Source of the DNA: Candidatus Cloacimonadales bacterium
GTDB taxonomy: Bacteria > Cloacimonadota > Cloacimonadia > Cloacimonadales > JAFGVF01
Direction: 5' to 3'
NCBI GenBank assembly: GCA_963662585.1
Contig: OY759729.1
Coordinates: forward strand, 352,001 to 416,000
DNA length: 64,000 nucleotides
Every line of letters begins with the position of its first letter. Position 1 is the first letter of the stretch. Under the pieces are notes generated by a model. That model was not told the origin of the DNA, searched no databases, and saw only the letters and a program-made list of their open reading frames with translations. The position numbers and the translations under genes are program-made. Shown here piece after piece: positions 41,434 to 51,202 of the stretch.

Positions 41434-41754
41434 CTAAGAAGACATTCCCGGTGCTTTTGTTACCATTCCCAGTCGCTTTATTGCTGATTTTGGCAAGAAC
41501 TTGACTATACCTGTAAAAAAATCTGATACAAGTCTTTGCACCTCCTCAGGCTCCATTTCGCCAAAATCAACATCGTTGTTTCTGGTAATTGTTTGTAAAA
41601 ATTCAATAGCTTTTCCACCTGTTAGCAAATCATTTAACAATTCATCTAAGTTCTTATTGGCTTTAGCTTCTCCATCAAAAACACCATTAAAACCTATTTC
41701 ATCCAACAATCGCTTTACCTTAACTAATGTGTTTATATTTGTGTAAACCTTCAT
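41434..41754 (-). CDS. Tail assembly chaperone (gpG-like), with a probable -1 frameshift extension to 41333
   Basis: Upstream of the tape measure gene; GA-T TTT TTT-ACA slippery site; the -1 frame stays open to TAG at 41333. Confidence 0.75.
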   Translation of the reverse strand: MKVYTNINTLVKVKRLLDEIGFNGVFDGEAKANKNLDELLNDLLTGGKAIEFLQTITRNNDVDFGEMEPEEVQRLVSDFFTGIVKFLPKSAIKRLGMVTKAPGMSS

Positions 41755-42167
41755 ATCTTACCTTCCTCCATTATTTTTGCTAACTCAGTAGCTCTATAAC
41801 CTACCTGCTTCGCCCACTTACTGTTAAGCATCTCTTTAGCTGCTTCAGAGTAGATCCCTTTATTTATATACATTCTCATCATCTTAAAACCATGAAATCC
41901 ATTTATTCCAAGATTAAAGGCCATATTGATACATACGACCTTACGAGCAGGAGCTAATCCCTCAAACCAATCATAGCGTGCTGTTAATAACTCTCTGTAG
42001 CTATTAACATCATGCTTTAACATCTGCAGTGCTTCCCTTTCAGAAATACCAACATCTTCTAGGTTTCTGCCGTAGCCTATTGTAAGTTTACCAGCTGTAC
42101 ATTTATAGGGTTTTAATCTTAACCCTTCGTGTTTTTTTAGCATTTCAACAGTCATTTTATTAATCAT
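41751..42167 (-). CDS. Endolysin, T4-type lysozyme (GH24)
   Basis: HEGLRLKPYKCTAGKLTIGYGRNL, NMAFNLG, MLNSKWAKQVGYRA. Confidence 0.92.
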   Translation of the reverse strand: MINKMTVEMLKKHEGLRLKPYKCTAGKLTIGYGRNLEDVGISEREALQMLKHDVNSYRELLTARYDWFEGLAPARKVVCINMAFNLGINGFHGFKMMRMYINKGIYSEAAKEMLNSKWAKQVGYRATELAKIMEEGKI

Positions 42168-42245
42168 TAAAACTCCCTTTTTCTCTTTTTATAGATCAAC
42201 TTTACCCAAATATCCCCCTCCAAGAGGGGGATATAGGGTTTATTA

Positions 42246-42668
42246 CTAAAACAACTTCTTAGCAAATCCTCTTGCTAATCCAGAAATAGCAGAAGTAGTT
42301 AAACCTGTAGCCACTTCCCGAATCCAGCTTGAGCCGTCCTTCTCACCAGACTCCCTAGCTGGATTTGTGATAGTATCATATATTTTTTGAACTGGGTCGT
42401 TCGTAGCTAATCGCCTACTTAGTTTTGCCATTTCAGCCTGAGACAGTCGGGCAGTTACCTCCTGGCGTGCAGCCATAGCAGGATTAGTTGCTTTAGCATT
42501 GCCAAAGATAGCTTCAATGATAGTTGTAACAGTAGGAAGCAAAAAGTCAAAATCTAACTTTCTTTTCTTAATAAGCCAAAAAGCTCCCATAATCAAAAGT
42601 GTAACAAATACACTAATTGCAGATACAACTGCCGGGTTATTCAATAGTTCACTCAATTTAACCTCCAA
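42246..42668 (-). CDS. Membrane protein in the lysis cassette (holin/antiholin-like)
   Basis: N-terminal TM; directly upstream of the lysozyme. Confidence 0.5.
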   Translation of the reverse strand: MEVKLSELLNNPAVVSAISVFVTLLIMGAFWLIKKRKLDFDFLLPTVTTIIEAIFGNAKATNPAMAARQEVTARLSQAEMAKLSRRLATNDPVQKIYDTITNPARESGEKDGSSWIREVATGLTTSAISGLARGFAKKLF

Positions 42669-42855
42669 TTAAGGGTTGAATGATACTAGCAATCATAGCT
42701 GTTGCCATAATACCATTCAACCACATTATTATGGTCATTTTGGTATCTAGACGACTAAACCTTTCCACAAGACCTGGTCGTCCATTACCATGCAAGACCT
42801 TCTTAATATCTTTTATATCTTCTTCCATATTCTTATGTTGTTCACATACGCCCAT
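42658..42855 (-). CDS. Small holin-like protein
   Basis: Coiled N-terminus, GNGRPGL motif, C-terminal TM; in the lysis cassette. Confidence 0.55.
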   Translation of the reverse strand: MGVCEQHKNMEEDIKDIKKVLHGNGRPGLVERFSRLDTKMTIIMWLNGIMATAMIASIIQPLIGG

Positions 42856-42869
42856 ATCATCACCTCAAT

Positions 42870-43406
42870 CTATACCGTTTCTGGTATATCTTGAATAATG
42901 AAGAACCTATTTTTAGAAGTGTTGGAATAAGATGTACTTAGAGTAGAATTAAAGAGTCCGTTAAACTCAGTCTCTCTTTCATAAGTCCACCTCATGCCGT
43001 TGAAAATAAGAGATCTATCACCATCTGGAGAGAGCAAAGCAATAGTTCTTATTTCTTTGTTAAGTTCAGCTTCTAACCAGTCTTTTCTCTCCTGGGTAAG
43101 ACCAACTAAGTACAACTCAATTGTATTAGTACGCTTACCCTCAATTACATAGTTGCTGGTAGGGAGCTTCTCAACCTTAGAGCTCTCTTTACCAGGCTTA
43201 TCAGCTAAGTCAGAAATTTCCTGAAGCACAGTTTCTAAGAAGGTAAGAAATTCATCTCTGCCTGCTAAAGAAGCTTCAGGGATATCAGCTATTGAATCAA
43301 AGGCGCCATCACCTATCATACACTTCCCGTGTTGAAATGCAGCAATCTGCTTACTGAAATCCACAACCTTAGTATCTAAGGTAGGTTTTGTTGGAGTACC
43401 GCTCAT
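42870..43406 (-). CDS. Putative major tail tube protein
   Basis: 178-aa beta-rich protein after the capsid gene, strong GGAGG RBS; assignment by size and synteny. Confidence 0.55.
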   Translation of the reverse strand: MSGTPTKPTLDTKVVDFSKQIAAFQHGKCMIGDGAFDSIADIPEASLAGRDEFLTFLETVLQEISDLADKPGKESSKVEKLPTSNYVIEGKRTNTIELYLVGLTQERKDWLEAELNKEIRTIALLSPDGDRSLIFNGMRWTYERETEFNGLFNSTLSTSYSNTSKNRFFIIQDIPETV

Positions 43407-43417
43407 AATCTACCTCC

Positions 43418-45481
43418 TTAGGCGTTTGTGCAAGGACCAACGGCAGCAGATACTACAGGAGTACCAGCAACGCCATCAGAATCTACAGGGGTTACTTCGA
43501 ATTTAATATACTTGGTTGCATCACCGGCTACAACACTATATGTGCTTGCAGTAGCACCAGAAATAGCTGAATAGGTACCATCTTCAGTAGCAGAAATTAA
43601 CCATCTGAATGTAGAAGTACCTTCTGTAGGACCAGAAAGATAATCATATCTACCAGTCAAAACATCAGCAGTATTTAATCCGGATTGAAGAATTCTTACA
43701 TTATCAGCAATTGGAGTACCCACCATTTTATAGACCTTAACAAAATCAGGAACATAAGTAATACCTGGTCTGATTCTGATGTACCAGTGATACTTCCAGT
43801 CAGAACCGTGATGTTCAACTTTGAGTTCAGCTTCAGTTCTATAACCAATGATGATGAACTTTGTAAGACCAGCTATAATATAACCATCAGGCATCAATCT
43901 ACCTTTAACAGGAATACCAGCAAATGAGATTTTACCACCTTCAAGAATTAGCTTATCGCCTACATTAGTCTGTCTATTACCTAATTCAGTTCTAACCTGA
44001 ATTAACTCACGATGAGATAGATACATATTGAAATTTTCTTGTTCTTCGAGAAGATCATCAGAAAATCCCAATAAGGCTTGTTCGAATTTCTTAACCCAAG
44101 TATCATAGATATCTGTGTTAATTTCGGTAACATCGCTAGCAGAAGTAGCTAACTTAACTATACCATTAAGTGCTTTAAGCTTAGCTGTAGCAGAAGCTCT
44201 ATCACCTTTAAAGAGTAACATTCTCAAAGCTTTTTCAGCTTTAGCTGCAATATGTTGTTCTACATAAGCACCAAATGCTTGTTCTCCATATTTATCAATA
44301 TAGAACTCTACAACATCTTTACCCAAAGTGTATTCTGCATTGAGAATACCTGTAGGGCAGTCAATATCAAGAGTACCTACATCTTGAGCAGAAACAGCAC
44401 CATCAATACTATTCTTGAAAATTAAATCTTCAATAAGCCCAGCATCTATCTTCTCATCTTTAATGAGAGGAACTACAGTAATATCAGCAAGAGTATCACC
44501 TGCTTTACTTCCAACTACTTCATCAATAAAGAGTGAAGTAGTGTTAGGAGTTAAAATGTTCATCTTTTGCCCACCATCTATATTGGCAATACCTTTGTAG
44601 ATATCTTTGTGAGCTGCTTTAACCACAACCTTTGTACCATTAACCATTACTTCCTTGTCCAATTTGTCCTCCTTACCAGGTTCCCCTTTAATAGATTTTG
44701 AGATAGCCTTTTTAATAGCTTCAGTAGTCTCTTTAATGGACTTCTCAATACCCTTTAAAACTTCTCCTACATTATCAGTTTTATCTTCTGCGTCAGAACC
44801 TTTTAGCTTAGCTATTTCAGCTTCTAACTCTCCAATTTTACTAGTTACATCTTTGTTATCATCAAGGTCAGCAGATTTTTTTAGCTCCACTAATAGAGCT
44901 AAGCTTTTTTCAATCCCCTTGAGAATAGCATCGTTATTACCATCACCTAAATCATCAGCTTCTCCAGCTAAAGAAACACCATTGAAATTACCTTTTTTCA
45001 CTTTCTTCCAAAGATCACCCTGCAAATTTTCACATTTGATCACCTGCACCCATGAACCAATAGCTGTGTCCGGGAAATGCTCTTTATCTTCTGTTTTCAA
45101 GATGTAGTTCTCAGCAATGAAGAAATCATCTACAGGTTTCTCATTATGATTCACATCATTTTTACGAAGCATACCTTTCTTAGAAAAGTTCTCACAGGCC
45201 TTCTGTATCTGAGCCATGTTAGCATGATCACCTTGTGTATCTTCAACATTAGGTTCAGTAACAGTAACATAGAGATAACCCATATCTCCTACTTCTTCTG
45301 ATTTAAACTTCTTAGAAACACCCTTAATCACACGGCTTTTACCTTCAGCGTTTTTGTAGATAGCACCTTTTCGATTAGCTGGTTTCATGTCGTCAAAAAG
45401 AAGAGAGATCATATCAACATCAATATTTCTTAATTCTCCCTTCTTTATCTTCTTTTTTCTGCTCTTAAACAACATATACAT
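43418..45481 (-). CDS. Prohead protease (XkdF-like) fused to major capsid protein with a C-terminal Ig-like domain
   Basis: ISLL..PAN, EPNVEDTQGD, DVNH, ENYI, GSW, VKKGNFNGVSLAG protease motifs; capsid-like middle (LFKGD, LNGIVKLA); YSAISGATASTYSVVAGDATKYIKFEVTP Ig-like end. Confidence 0.75.
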   Translation of the reverse strand: MYMLFKSRKKKIKKGELRNIDVDMISLLFDDMKPANRKGAIYKNAEGKSRVIKGVSKKFKSEEVGDMGYLYVTVTEPNVEDTQGDHANMAQIQKACENFSKKGMLRKNDVNHNEKPVDDFFIAENYILKTEDKEHFPDTAIGSWVQVIKCENLQGDLWKKVKKGNFNGVSLAGEADDLGDGNNDAILKGIEKSLALLVELKKSADLDDNKDVTSKIGELEAEIAKLKGSDAEDKTDNVGEVLKGIEKSIKETTEAIKKAISKSIKGEPGKEDKLDKEVMVNGTKVVVKAAHKDIYKGIANIDGGQKMNILTPNTTSLFIDEVVGSKAGDTLADITVVPLIKDEKIDAGLIEDLIFKNSIDGAVSAQDVGTLDIDCPTGILNAEYTLGKDVVEFYIDKYGEQAFGAYVEQHIAAKAEKALRMLLFKGDRASATAKLKALNGIVKLATSASDVTEINTDIYDTWVKKFEQALLGFSDDLLEEQENFNMYLSHRELIQVRTELGNRQTNVGDKLILEGGKISFAGIPVKGRLMPDGYIIAGLTKFIIIGYRTEAELKVEHHGSDWKYHWYIRIRPGITYVPDFVKVYKMVGTPIADNVRILQSGLNTADVLTGRYDYLSGPTEGTSTFRWLISATEDGTYSAISGATASTYSVVAGDATKYIKFEVTPVDSDGVAGTPVVSAAVGPCTNA

Positions 45482-45492
45482 ATCCTCCGTTG

Positions 45493-46677
45493 CTAGTTTT
45501 TATTCTCATTAAATATTTTTTCGTCTTCAGATAGGAAAATGGTTGTTAGGTCTCCAAATTCAAGCTCCTTGTGGCTTAAAGTAATGTTCCCCTCCTGAGA
45601 GAACTCCCTTGCCAAAAGCTTCTTTAAACGGCTCTGAAGTGGTTTAATTACGAAATTATAGAATAGGATCATATCAGAGTTTCCATCTCCACCTAACTGA
45701 CCAGCCACGAGCTGACTTACAACCCTGGGCGGAGTCCTGTGATAAGCGAAGATGCCCTCTCTTAAATCTTTCTTTAACTTAAGAAAACCACCGTCCTTAT
45801 CTTGTTGTCTCATTGGCTCTAATCTAATATGTGTATCTTTATTTTCTGTTTCTATTAATACAGTGTTGTGAGAGTTAGTATTACCCTTAGCAGACTGGAG
45901 AGCCTCCTTAATAACAGTGTAAGCATCTCTCATAACTTCATTACCCTCATTGTCTTCGATGGTATCATCCTTAAGGGTACCGCCCTCAACAATGATAAAG
46001 TAGTCTATTAATAAGCCGTTATTAAAATTGTTGTGATCAAATATCTTAATCTGCTCTAATATAGCAATATTAGTGATAATTGGTAAGCAAGAAAGCCCCC
46101 AGGCATTACTTCTATAGGTAGGGTTTTTAAGATGAATTACATCTTTGCCCGGAAAGAACTTCTTTTTGTAGTTTTTTATCTGTAGGTAATCAGGACTATA
46201 GAAACCATACTCATCATAATTCTCTAATATCACTACCTCGGTAGGCAACATTCTCTCCAAGCCTACCCACTCACCTGCAGAGTTTCTCATCTTAAGTAAG
46301 AAGCCATTACCACACTCAAGATAGTATCTTAGAAACTCCTCCAGGAGTTGTTCCATATCTTGATTTTCAGGAAATACAGCATCTTCCATCCACTTCTCAA
46401 ATTGCTTGTTAGAAGTAGAAAAGTCCATAATTGTACCCATTATCTGAGCATCAATACAACCATTATGGTATTCATCAACTTCAGCCAAATGAAGTAACTT
46501 ATACATGCTAAGCGGAGGATGAACAACAGTTTGATTTGTTTCAGACTTAACTACAGGCTTGCCACCAACCCAAGCACATTTTTCTAGATCCACCTTCTCA
46601 TTAGCGAAGTGCTTTTCTAGCAATTCCTCACTGCTCATGATAGCTACATTATAATCTAATATCTTCTCAACTCTCAT
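45493..46677 (-). CDS. Portal protein (PBSX/P2-like)
   Basis: YLECGNGFL, VIHLK....WGL, FNNG, FLKLK....IFAYHRTPP, FYNFVIKPLQ. Confidence 0.8.
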   Translation of the reverse strand: MRVEKILDYNVAIMSSEELLEKHFANEKVDLEKCAWVGGKPVVKSETNQTVVHPPLSMYKLLHLAEVDEYHNGCIDAQIMGTIMDFSTSNKQFEKWMEDAVFPENQDMEQLLEEFLRYYLECGNGFLLKMRNSAGEWVGLERMLPTEVVILENYDEYGFYSPDYLQIKNYKKKFFPGKDVIHLKNPTYRSNAWGLSCLPIITNIAILEQIKIFDHNNFNNGLLIDYFIIVEGGTLKDDTIEDNEGNEVMRDAYTVIKEALQSAKGNTNSHNTVLIETENKDTHIRLEPMRQQDKDGGFLKLKKDLREGIFAYHRTPPRVVSQLVAGQLGGDGNSDMILFYNFVIKPLQSRLKKLLAREFSQEGNITLSHKELEFGDLTTIFLSEDEKIFNENKN

Positions 46678-46692
46678 AGAATGCCCTCTACT

Positions 46693-47067
46693 TTAGTCTT
46701 GTATCTCAAATTTAGCAATCATCACATTTCTACCTGCATCAGCCTTAGACGGATAATAGACTATCTCATCTACATCTTTTCTATATCTGGACTGAAAATA
46801 CCCTCTGAATTCCATACTTATCTTCCAAATATCCATTTCAGGGTCAGCCCTACCAACGCAATCCCTAACCAAATAAACCATTAGCCTTGGATTATGCTTT
46901 GAGTAACCAGAGCTTGTTTTAAGTTCTCCTCTTGAACCCTCTAAACTAACTATAGCACAAGGGAAATTGCGGGGATTAACTTGCTTATCGAAATGAATAT
47001 CAGCCAAACTAATCCCCATTGTATTTAATGTCACAACCACTTGTTCTCTTAATTTTCTAAAATCCAT
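46693..47067 (-). CDS. Putative tail terminator/neck protein
   Basis: 124 aa, FPCAIV motif, neck-module position. Confidence 0.45.
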   Translation of the reverse strand: MDFRKLREQVVVTLNTMGISLADIHFDKQVNPRNFPCAIVSLEGSRGELKTSSGYSKHNPRLMVYLVRDCVGRADPEMDIWKISMEFRGYFQSRYRKDVDEIVYYPSKADAGRNVMIAKFEIQD

Positions 47068-47126
47068 CTATATCTCCTATTTATAACTGGGAATGTGGGC
47101 ATCCCTGCCCGCTCTTCTCTTAATCC

Positions 47127-47633
47127 CTAATTAACCAAAACACTATCTAATTGGTCATATATCCACTTTTCTTTATTCTTAATAATCTCAGCATATACAT
47201 TGCGTTCTGGTATGCCTTCTCTCTTAATCTTAGCCTGTATCATATATGCCATTTGGGTAACAGAGAATGCCTTACCTCTCTTGTCTACCCAGTTTAAATT
47301 TTTCCTTTCCACCCATGCTTTTAGCGGAGCTAGAGGAGTCCATGAGGGTACTTTTCCACCCAAAATGTATTGCCCATAAGAAACAGCTTCATTTTGCCCT
47401 TCCCCTTTTTGCTTAGGATCAGAGCCTACATAGAGGGTTATAGCATTATCTTCAATCACTACTTCATAAGTTGCATTATCATAGAAGTTGCCCGTATCCC
47501 TAATATTACGACTAAGAATAAGCCCTCTGGCTTCTCCATCTATCACACTGCCAATAGCATTAAACTTCTGCTCTAATGCCGTCAGTATGCCCCTCAATAT
47601 CTCTTTTTCAATTCCTTCTATCATATCATACAC
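47127..47633 (-). CDS. Putative neck/tail completion protein (HK97-gp10-like)
   Basis: DTGNF, VGS, PL..WV.RK, I..KI.REG motifs. Confidence 0.55.
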   Translation of the reverse strand: MYDMIEGIEKEILRGILTALEQKFNAIGSVIDGEARGLILSRNIRDTGNFYDNATYEVVIEDNAITLYVGSDPKQKGEGQNEAVSYGQYILGGKVPSWTPLAPLKAWVERKNLNWVDKRGKAFSVTQMAYMIQAKIKREGIPERNVYAEIIKNKEKWIYDQLDSVLVN

Positions 47634-48073
47634 GCCTTAGTTCTCTGCACTTTAGAACCGGTATTTAATTCTCTATATCTATCAAGACCAACATCGCTTA
47701 AGTAGCTTTTTATCATAGTGAGAGCTTCAAGTTCTAAGCTCTTTTTCCAGTTGGATATTTCATTACCAGAAAGAAGTTCAGTAGAGTTGGCATCAAAGCC
47801 GGTAGTCTTAATGATGCCTTCCCCGATAGTTTTAAGATTGAGAAACTGAATTGTATTCGCTAATAACAAGTAGCAATAAGCATATTTATAGCTATTCTGT
47901 AGATTATCTTCTACAATTTCACTATTCATATCTTCCCAAACTAGCTCATCTGTATAGCGTTCTAAATCAAGCATAACACGCCCTGCATGCTCAGCAAAAG
48001 TGGATGTAATTCTTGCGTCGTTAGGCAAGTTCAACACTTTTAAAACCGTCTCAACCTCTATTGGTATATTCAT
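47621..48073 (-). CDS. Putative head-tail adaptor protein
   Basis: 150-aa helical ORF with GAGG RBS, first gene of the neck module. Confidence 0.45.
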   Translation of the reverse strand: MNIPIEVETVLKVLNLPNDARITSTFAEHAGRVMLDLERYTDELVWEDMNSEIVEDNLQNSYKYAYCYLLLANTIQFLNLKTIGEGIIKTTGFDANSTELLSGNEISNWKKSLELEALTMIKSYLSDVGLDRYRELNTGSKVQRTKACMI

Positions 48074-48216
48074 TTCTACCTCACTCCTTGGTTCACTGGT
48101 ATTACCTTCACCCTTGAAGGCATTCTTATCTCACATCAATCATTACTACTTTTAGCATAGCTAAAATATTTGGCAAATCCGTTTGTCCTCTGTTGTCACA
48201 CTATTTTTTAGGTATG

Positions 48217-48244
48217 AAAAAAGCCCACCAAATAGGTAGGCTTA
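48217..48244 (-). terminator. Terminator downstream of the gpF-like gene
   Basis: Minus strand AAGCCTACC-TATTT-GGTGGGCTT followed by a T-run. Confidence 0.7.
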
Positions 48245-48263
48245 TTATTTCTGATAATTCCTC

Positions 48264-48321
48264 TCATAACACAATAACCGTGGTAGTTCTACACTTCCAA
48301 TGAAATGGAGGGAAAGGCGTA
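48264..48321 (-). pseudogene. 3' remnant of the gpF-like gene separated by the IS
   Basis: Rejoined sequence reads EGEHTPFPPFHWKCRTTTVIVL*, the conserved PPxHxxCR end. Confidence 0.9.
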
Positions 48322-50040
48322 CAGACTGTGTGAAAATAGATATGTCAACATGTATAAATGTTTAATTAATGTATTTATTTTCTTGACAAACAGAACATTA
48401 TATTTATATTGGAAACATAAATATAGGAGAAATATTATGGACTATAAACAAGGCAAAGACAGACATCAAATTCAGTTTTTAACCTATGATTCTTTAATAG
48501 GAGAAAATCACCTTGTAAGAGTACTAGATCACTTTATAGACGGGCTCGATCTAGAGAAGTTTAATTTTACCTACACAAAACCAAAACGAGTTGGTAGAAA
48601 AGCTTATAATCCTAAATTCATGTTAAAATTGTATGTCTATGGATATCTTAGAGGAATTGTATCAAGTCGAAAATTAGAGTTAGCTACTCACGAAAATATT
48701 CCATTTATATGGCTAATGAAAGAACTAAAACCTGATTTTAAAACAATAGCTGATTTCAGAAAAAACAATGTAAAAAATATTAAATCCGTATTTATGGAAT
48801 TCAATAAATACTCGGTATATATGAATTTAATTGACTTTGAATTATTAGCTATAGATGGTACTTTTATTGATGCAGTTAACCATAATTCTAAAAATATATC
48901 AATAAACAAAATAAACACAATTTTGAAGAAAATAGAAGCTAAATTTGATACATTTAATGAACAATATTCGACTAATGACAAAGAACAAGAATCAAAAAAT
49001 GATAAAAATGAGCAACATTTAGAAAGTATTGAAAAATTAAAAGAAAAAGAAGAGTTTTATTTAAACTTAAAACAAGAGTTAAAGGATAAGGGTTTAACAC
49101 AAATTTCATATACAGATCCAGATAGTCGAATGATGCAAAAAGATGGAAGCAAGAGAGATGTATCGTATAATTGCCAAAGCGTAACAGACTCTAAAAACAA
49201 TTTATTGTTAATGGTTGATGCCTGTAGTGATAATACAGATGCGAAGCAACTTTACAGGATGTCTTCATTAACCAAAGAAGCCTATAATTTGTCAGAATTT
49301 TCAGTTGTCGCTGATAAGGGTTATGGTTTTGGTAGAGAGATAAAAAAATGTAATGAAGATGGTATTAAAACATATGTAACTATGCAAGATTCAGAGAAAA
49401 TGAAAGGTACTCCATTCGCAACCTCTAAGTTTAAATATGATAAAATTAATGATTGTGTTATTTGTCCTAACAATAGAACATTAATCGCTAGTAGAAAGAG
49501 AAATGCTGATAGAGGTCATGAATATGGTAGTCGCAAAACATGCAAAGGTTGTCCAGATTTAAAAGCTTGTACTAATGACAATAAGCAACAATATAGAACA
49601 TTTACATTGAATCCTTATTATGAATATGTGGAGAAACAACTTGAAATTAATAAGGTAAGTAAGAATATACTAAGTCAACGAAAATGTATTGTTGAGCATC
49701 CTTTTGGAACAATAAAAAGGGATATGAATCAGGGTAGATTTTTAACGAAAGGCTTAGAATCTGTTCGTGGTGAGTTTATGTTTACTGCACTGGCATATAA
49801 TATTAAAAGAGTATTTAACATTCTCGGATTTAATAAAATGATGGACTCCATAAATGCCTTTTTTAGGAGAGGTTCGTCCAAAGCTGTCTATTTTGTCAAA
49901 AACATAGTACTTTTGCTAAGAATAGCAATAAATATTGCCTTTTCGAGTGCTAAATTAGCCTGATACTCGAAATGAACAAAAAATCCAGATTTAAGTTTAT
50001 CAAAACTCCCTTAAATCAAAAAGTGATTTCACACAGTCTG
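48322..50040 (+). mobile_element. IS1182-family insertion sequence
   Basis: 14-bp terminal IRs CAGACTGTGTGAAA / TTTCACACAGTCTG; GTA duplicated at 48319-48321 and 50041-50043. Confidence 0.92.
48437..49963 (+). CDS. IS1182-family transposase
   Basis: GRKAYNP..MLKLYVYGY, SSRKLE, PDFKTIADFR, IDGT, TDPDSR, ADKGY, VEHPFGTIK; true start ATG 48437 after AGGAG. Confidence 0.95.
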   Translation: MDYKQGKDRHQIQFLTYDSLIGENHLVRVLDHFIDGLDLEKFNFTYTKPKRVGRKAYNPKFMLKLYVYGYLRGIVSSRKLELATHENIPFIWLMKELKPDFKTIADFRKNNVKNIKSVFMEFNKYSVYMNLIDFELLAIDGTFIDAVNHNSKNISINKINTILKKIEAKFDTFNEQYSTNDKEQESKNDKNEQHLESIEKLKEKEEFYLNLKQELKDKGLTQISYTDPDSRMMQKDGSKRDVSYNCQSVTDSKNNLLLMVDACSDNTDAKQLYRMSSLTKEAYNLSEFSVVADKGYGFGREIKKCNEDGIKTYVTMQDSEKMKGTPFATSKFKYDKINDCVICPNNRTLIASRKRNADRGHEYGSRKTCKGCPDLKACTNDNKQQYRTFTLNPYYEYVEKQLEINKVSKNILSQRKCIVEHPFGTIKRDMNQGRFLTKGLESVRGEFMFTALAYNIKRVFNILGFNKMMDSINAFFRRGSSKAVYFVKNIVLLLRIAINIAFSSAKLA

Positions 50041-50861
50041 GTATGCTCTCCCTCAACCCCTACAGGCTTATCATTCTCATATCTAATTTGCTTGTCAGAC
50101 ACCCAGGGTGCTAGCTTCTTAGTTCTATCTCTCACTTCCTCTAAATCAGCTTTATCAGTATCAATAGCAAGAAGTTCTTCCATAGTATCAATAGCTTCAT
50201 CAAGAGGATAGACTCTATCTTCAGCTGCCAAGGCCTGGCATATCTCTGAAGTTCTTTCATCGAGGATAACTAACAATCTATATCCCCTGGCCCCTGCTTT
50301 TCGATATCCTTCTAATCTGCCAAACTCTCTAACTCTCAATCCTGTATGCTCTGCCATTCCTTGCCAATAAGCAGTTGACTTCTTGCTTAAGCCCTTAAAC
50401 TCTTCTTGTAGGGATTTAGCCAACATCTCTTTTGATTGTCCTGATGCAACGGATTCTAACAATCTCTTTTTAAATCCTGTTTGAATATCAGCACCAAATT
50501 TATTACCTATCCAGAAGAGGTTCTGCTTATTGATCATTGTCTCCAACTTCTGCTGTCTAATACCTGATAAACCTATAGAAATATTAGCTTTAACATCTTT
50601 TACAGTATCACTAAGACCTATTCTCATAGTCTTTGTGGTAAAAGCTTTAGTAGGTTGTCTTACAAGCGAAGAAAACTCTTCTCCCATGTTAGATGTCACT
50701 ACTTGCATAATATCGTCTATATGGCTTGTTTTGACTCTTTCAAAAGCAGATAAATCACTTAGCATCTTAATAGCTTGGCGAGCACTCACCTTTGTCTGTT
50801 CCTTCCAGCTATTATTTAAAATCCGGAAATAATCATACATTGCTTTATCAAATGCGTTCAT
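50041..50861 (-). pseudogene. Head morphogenesis protein (Mu gpF / SPP1 gp7 family), interrupted by the IS
   Basis: LDERTSEICQAL motif; C-terminal PPFHWKCR lies beyond the IS. Confidence 0.88.
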
Positions 50862-51079
50862 TGCTTCCTCTCAATCCCCCTCTGTGAGGGGGACACAGGG
50901 GGTGTTTCCTTAGTTAATGAAGCACTTCTTCTCTCTTCTTCGTTCAATCGTTTAAGCATCGCAAGTGCTTCGTTTAGCTCTCTTTCACATAAACTTAACT
51001 GACATCTTCTCTTTATCTTTAAAGCTCTAAGCTCTTTAATCTGTTCTTTTAATATCTCTTGCTGGGTTCTATCTTTCAT
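50858..51079 (-). CDS. Small coiled-coil phage protein whose C-terminus is encoded by a REP-like hairpin
   Basis: RBS present, ATGA overlap with the gpF-like gene; TPPVSPSQRGI is encoded by the repeat at 50873-50908. Confidence 0.55.
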   Translation of the reverse strand: MKDRTQQEILKEQIKELRALKIKRRCQLSLCERELNEALAMLKRLNEEERRSASLTKETPPVSPSQRGIERKQ

Positions 51080-51202
51080 ATCTTCTTTTCCTCTCTTAAA
51101 AACTCCGTGAAACTCCTCTTAACCTCTGTGTAACTCTGTGTTAAGGCTCTTTTCTTAATTCGTGTTAATTTGTTTTAATTCGTGTTAATTCGTGTAAAAG
51201 TC

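Noticed and set aside
35645..43406. Diversity-generating retroelement (TR/VR pair) from the duplicated tail genes
   Set aside because: Differences are not adenine-specific, both copies are full ORFs, and no reverse transcriptase is present in the window.
48305..48436. N-terminal extension of the IS transposase in the ORF track
   Set aside because: It starts outside the IS left end; the RBS-supported start is ATG 48437.
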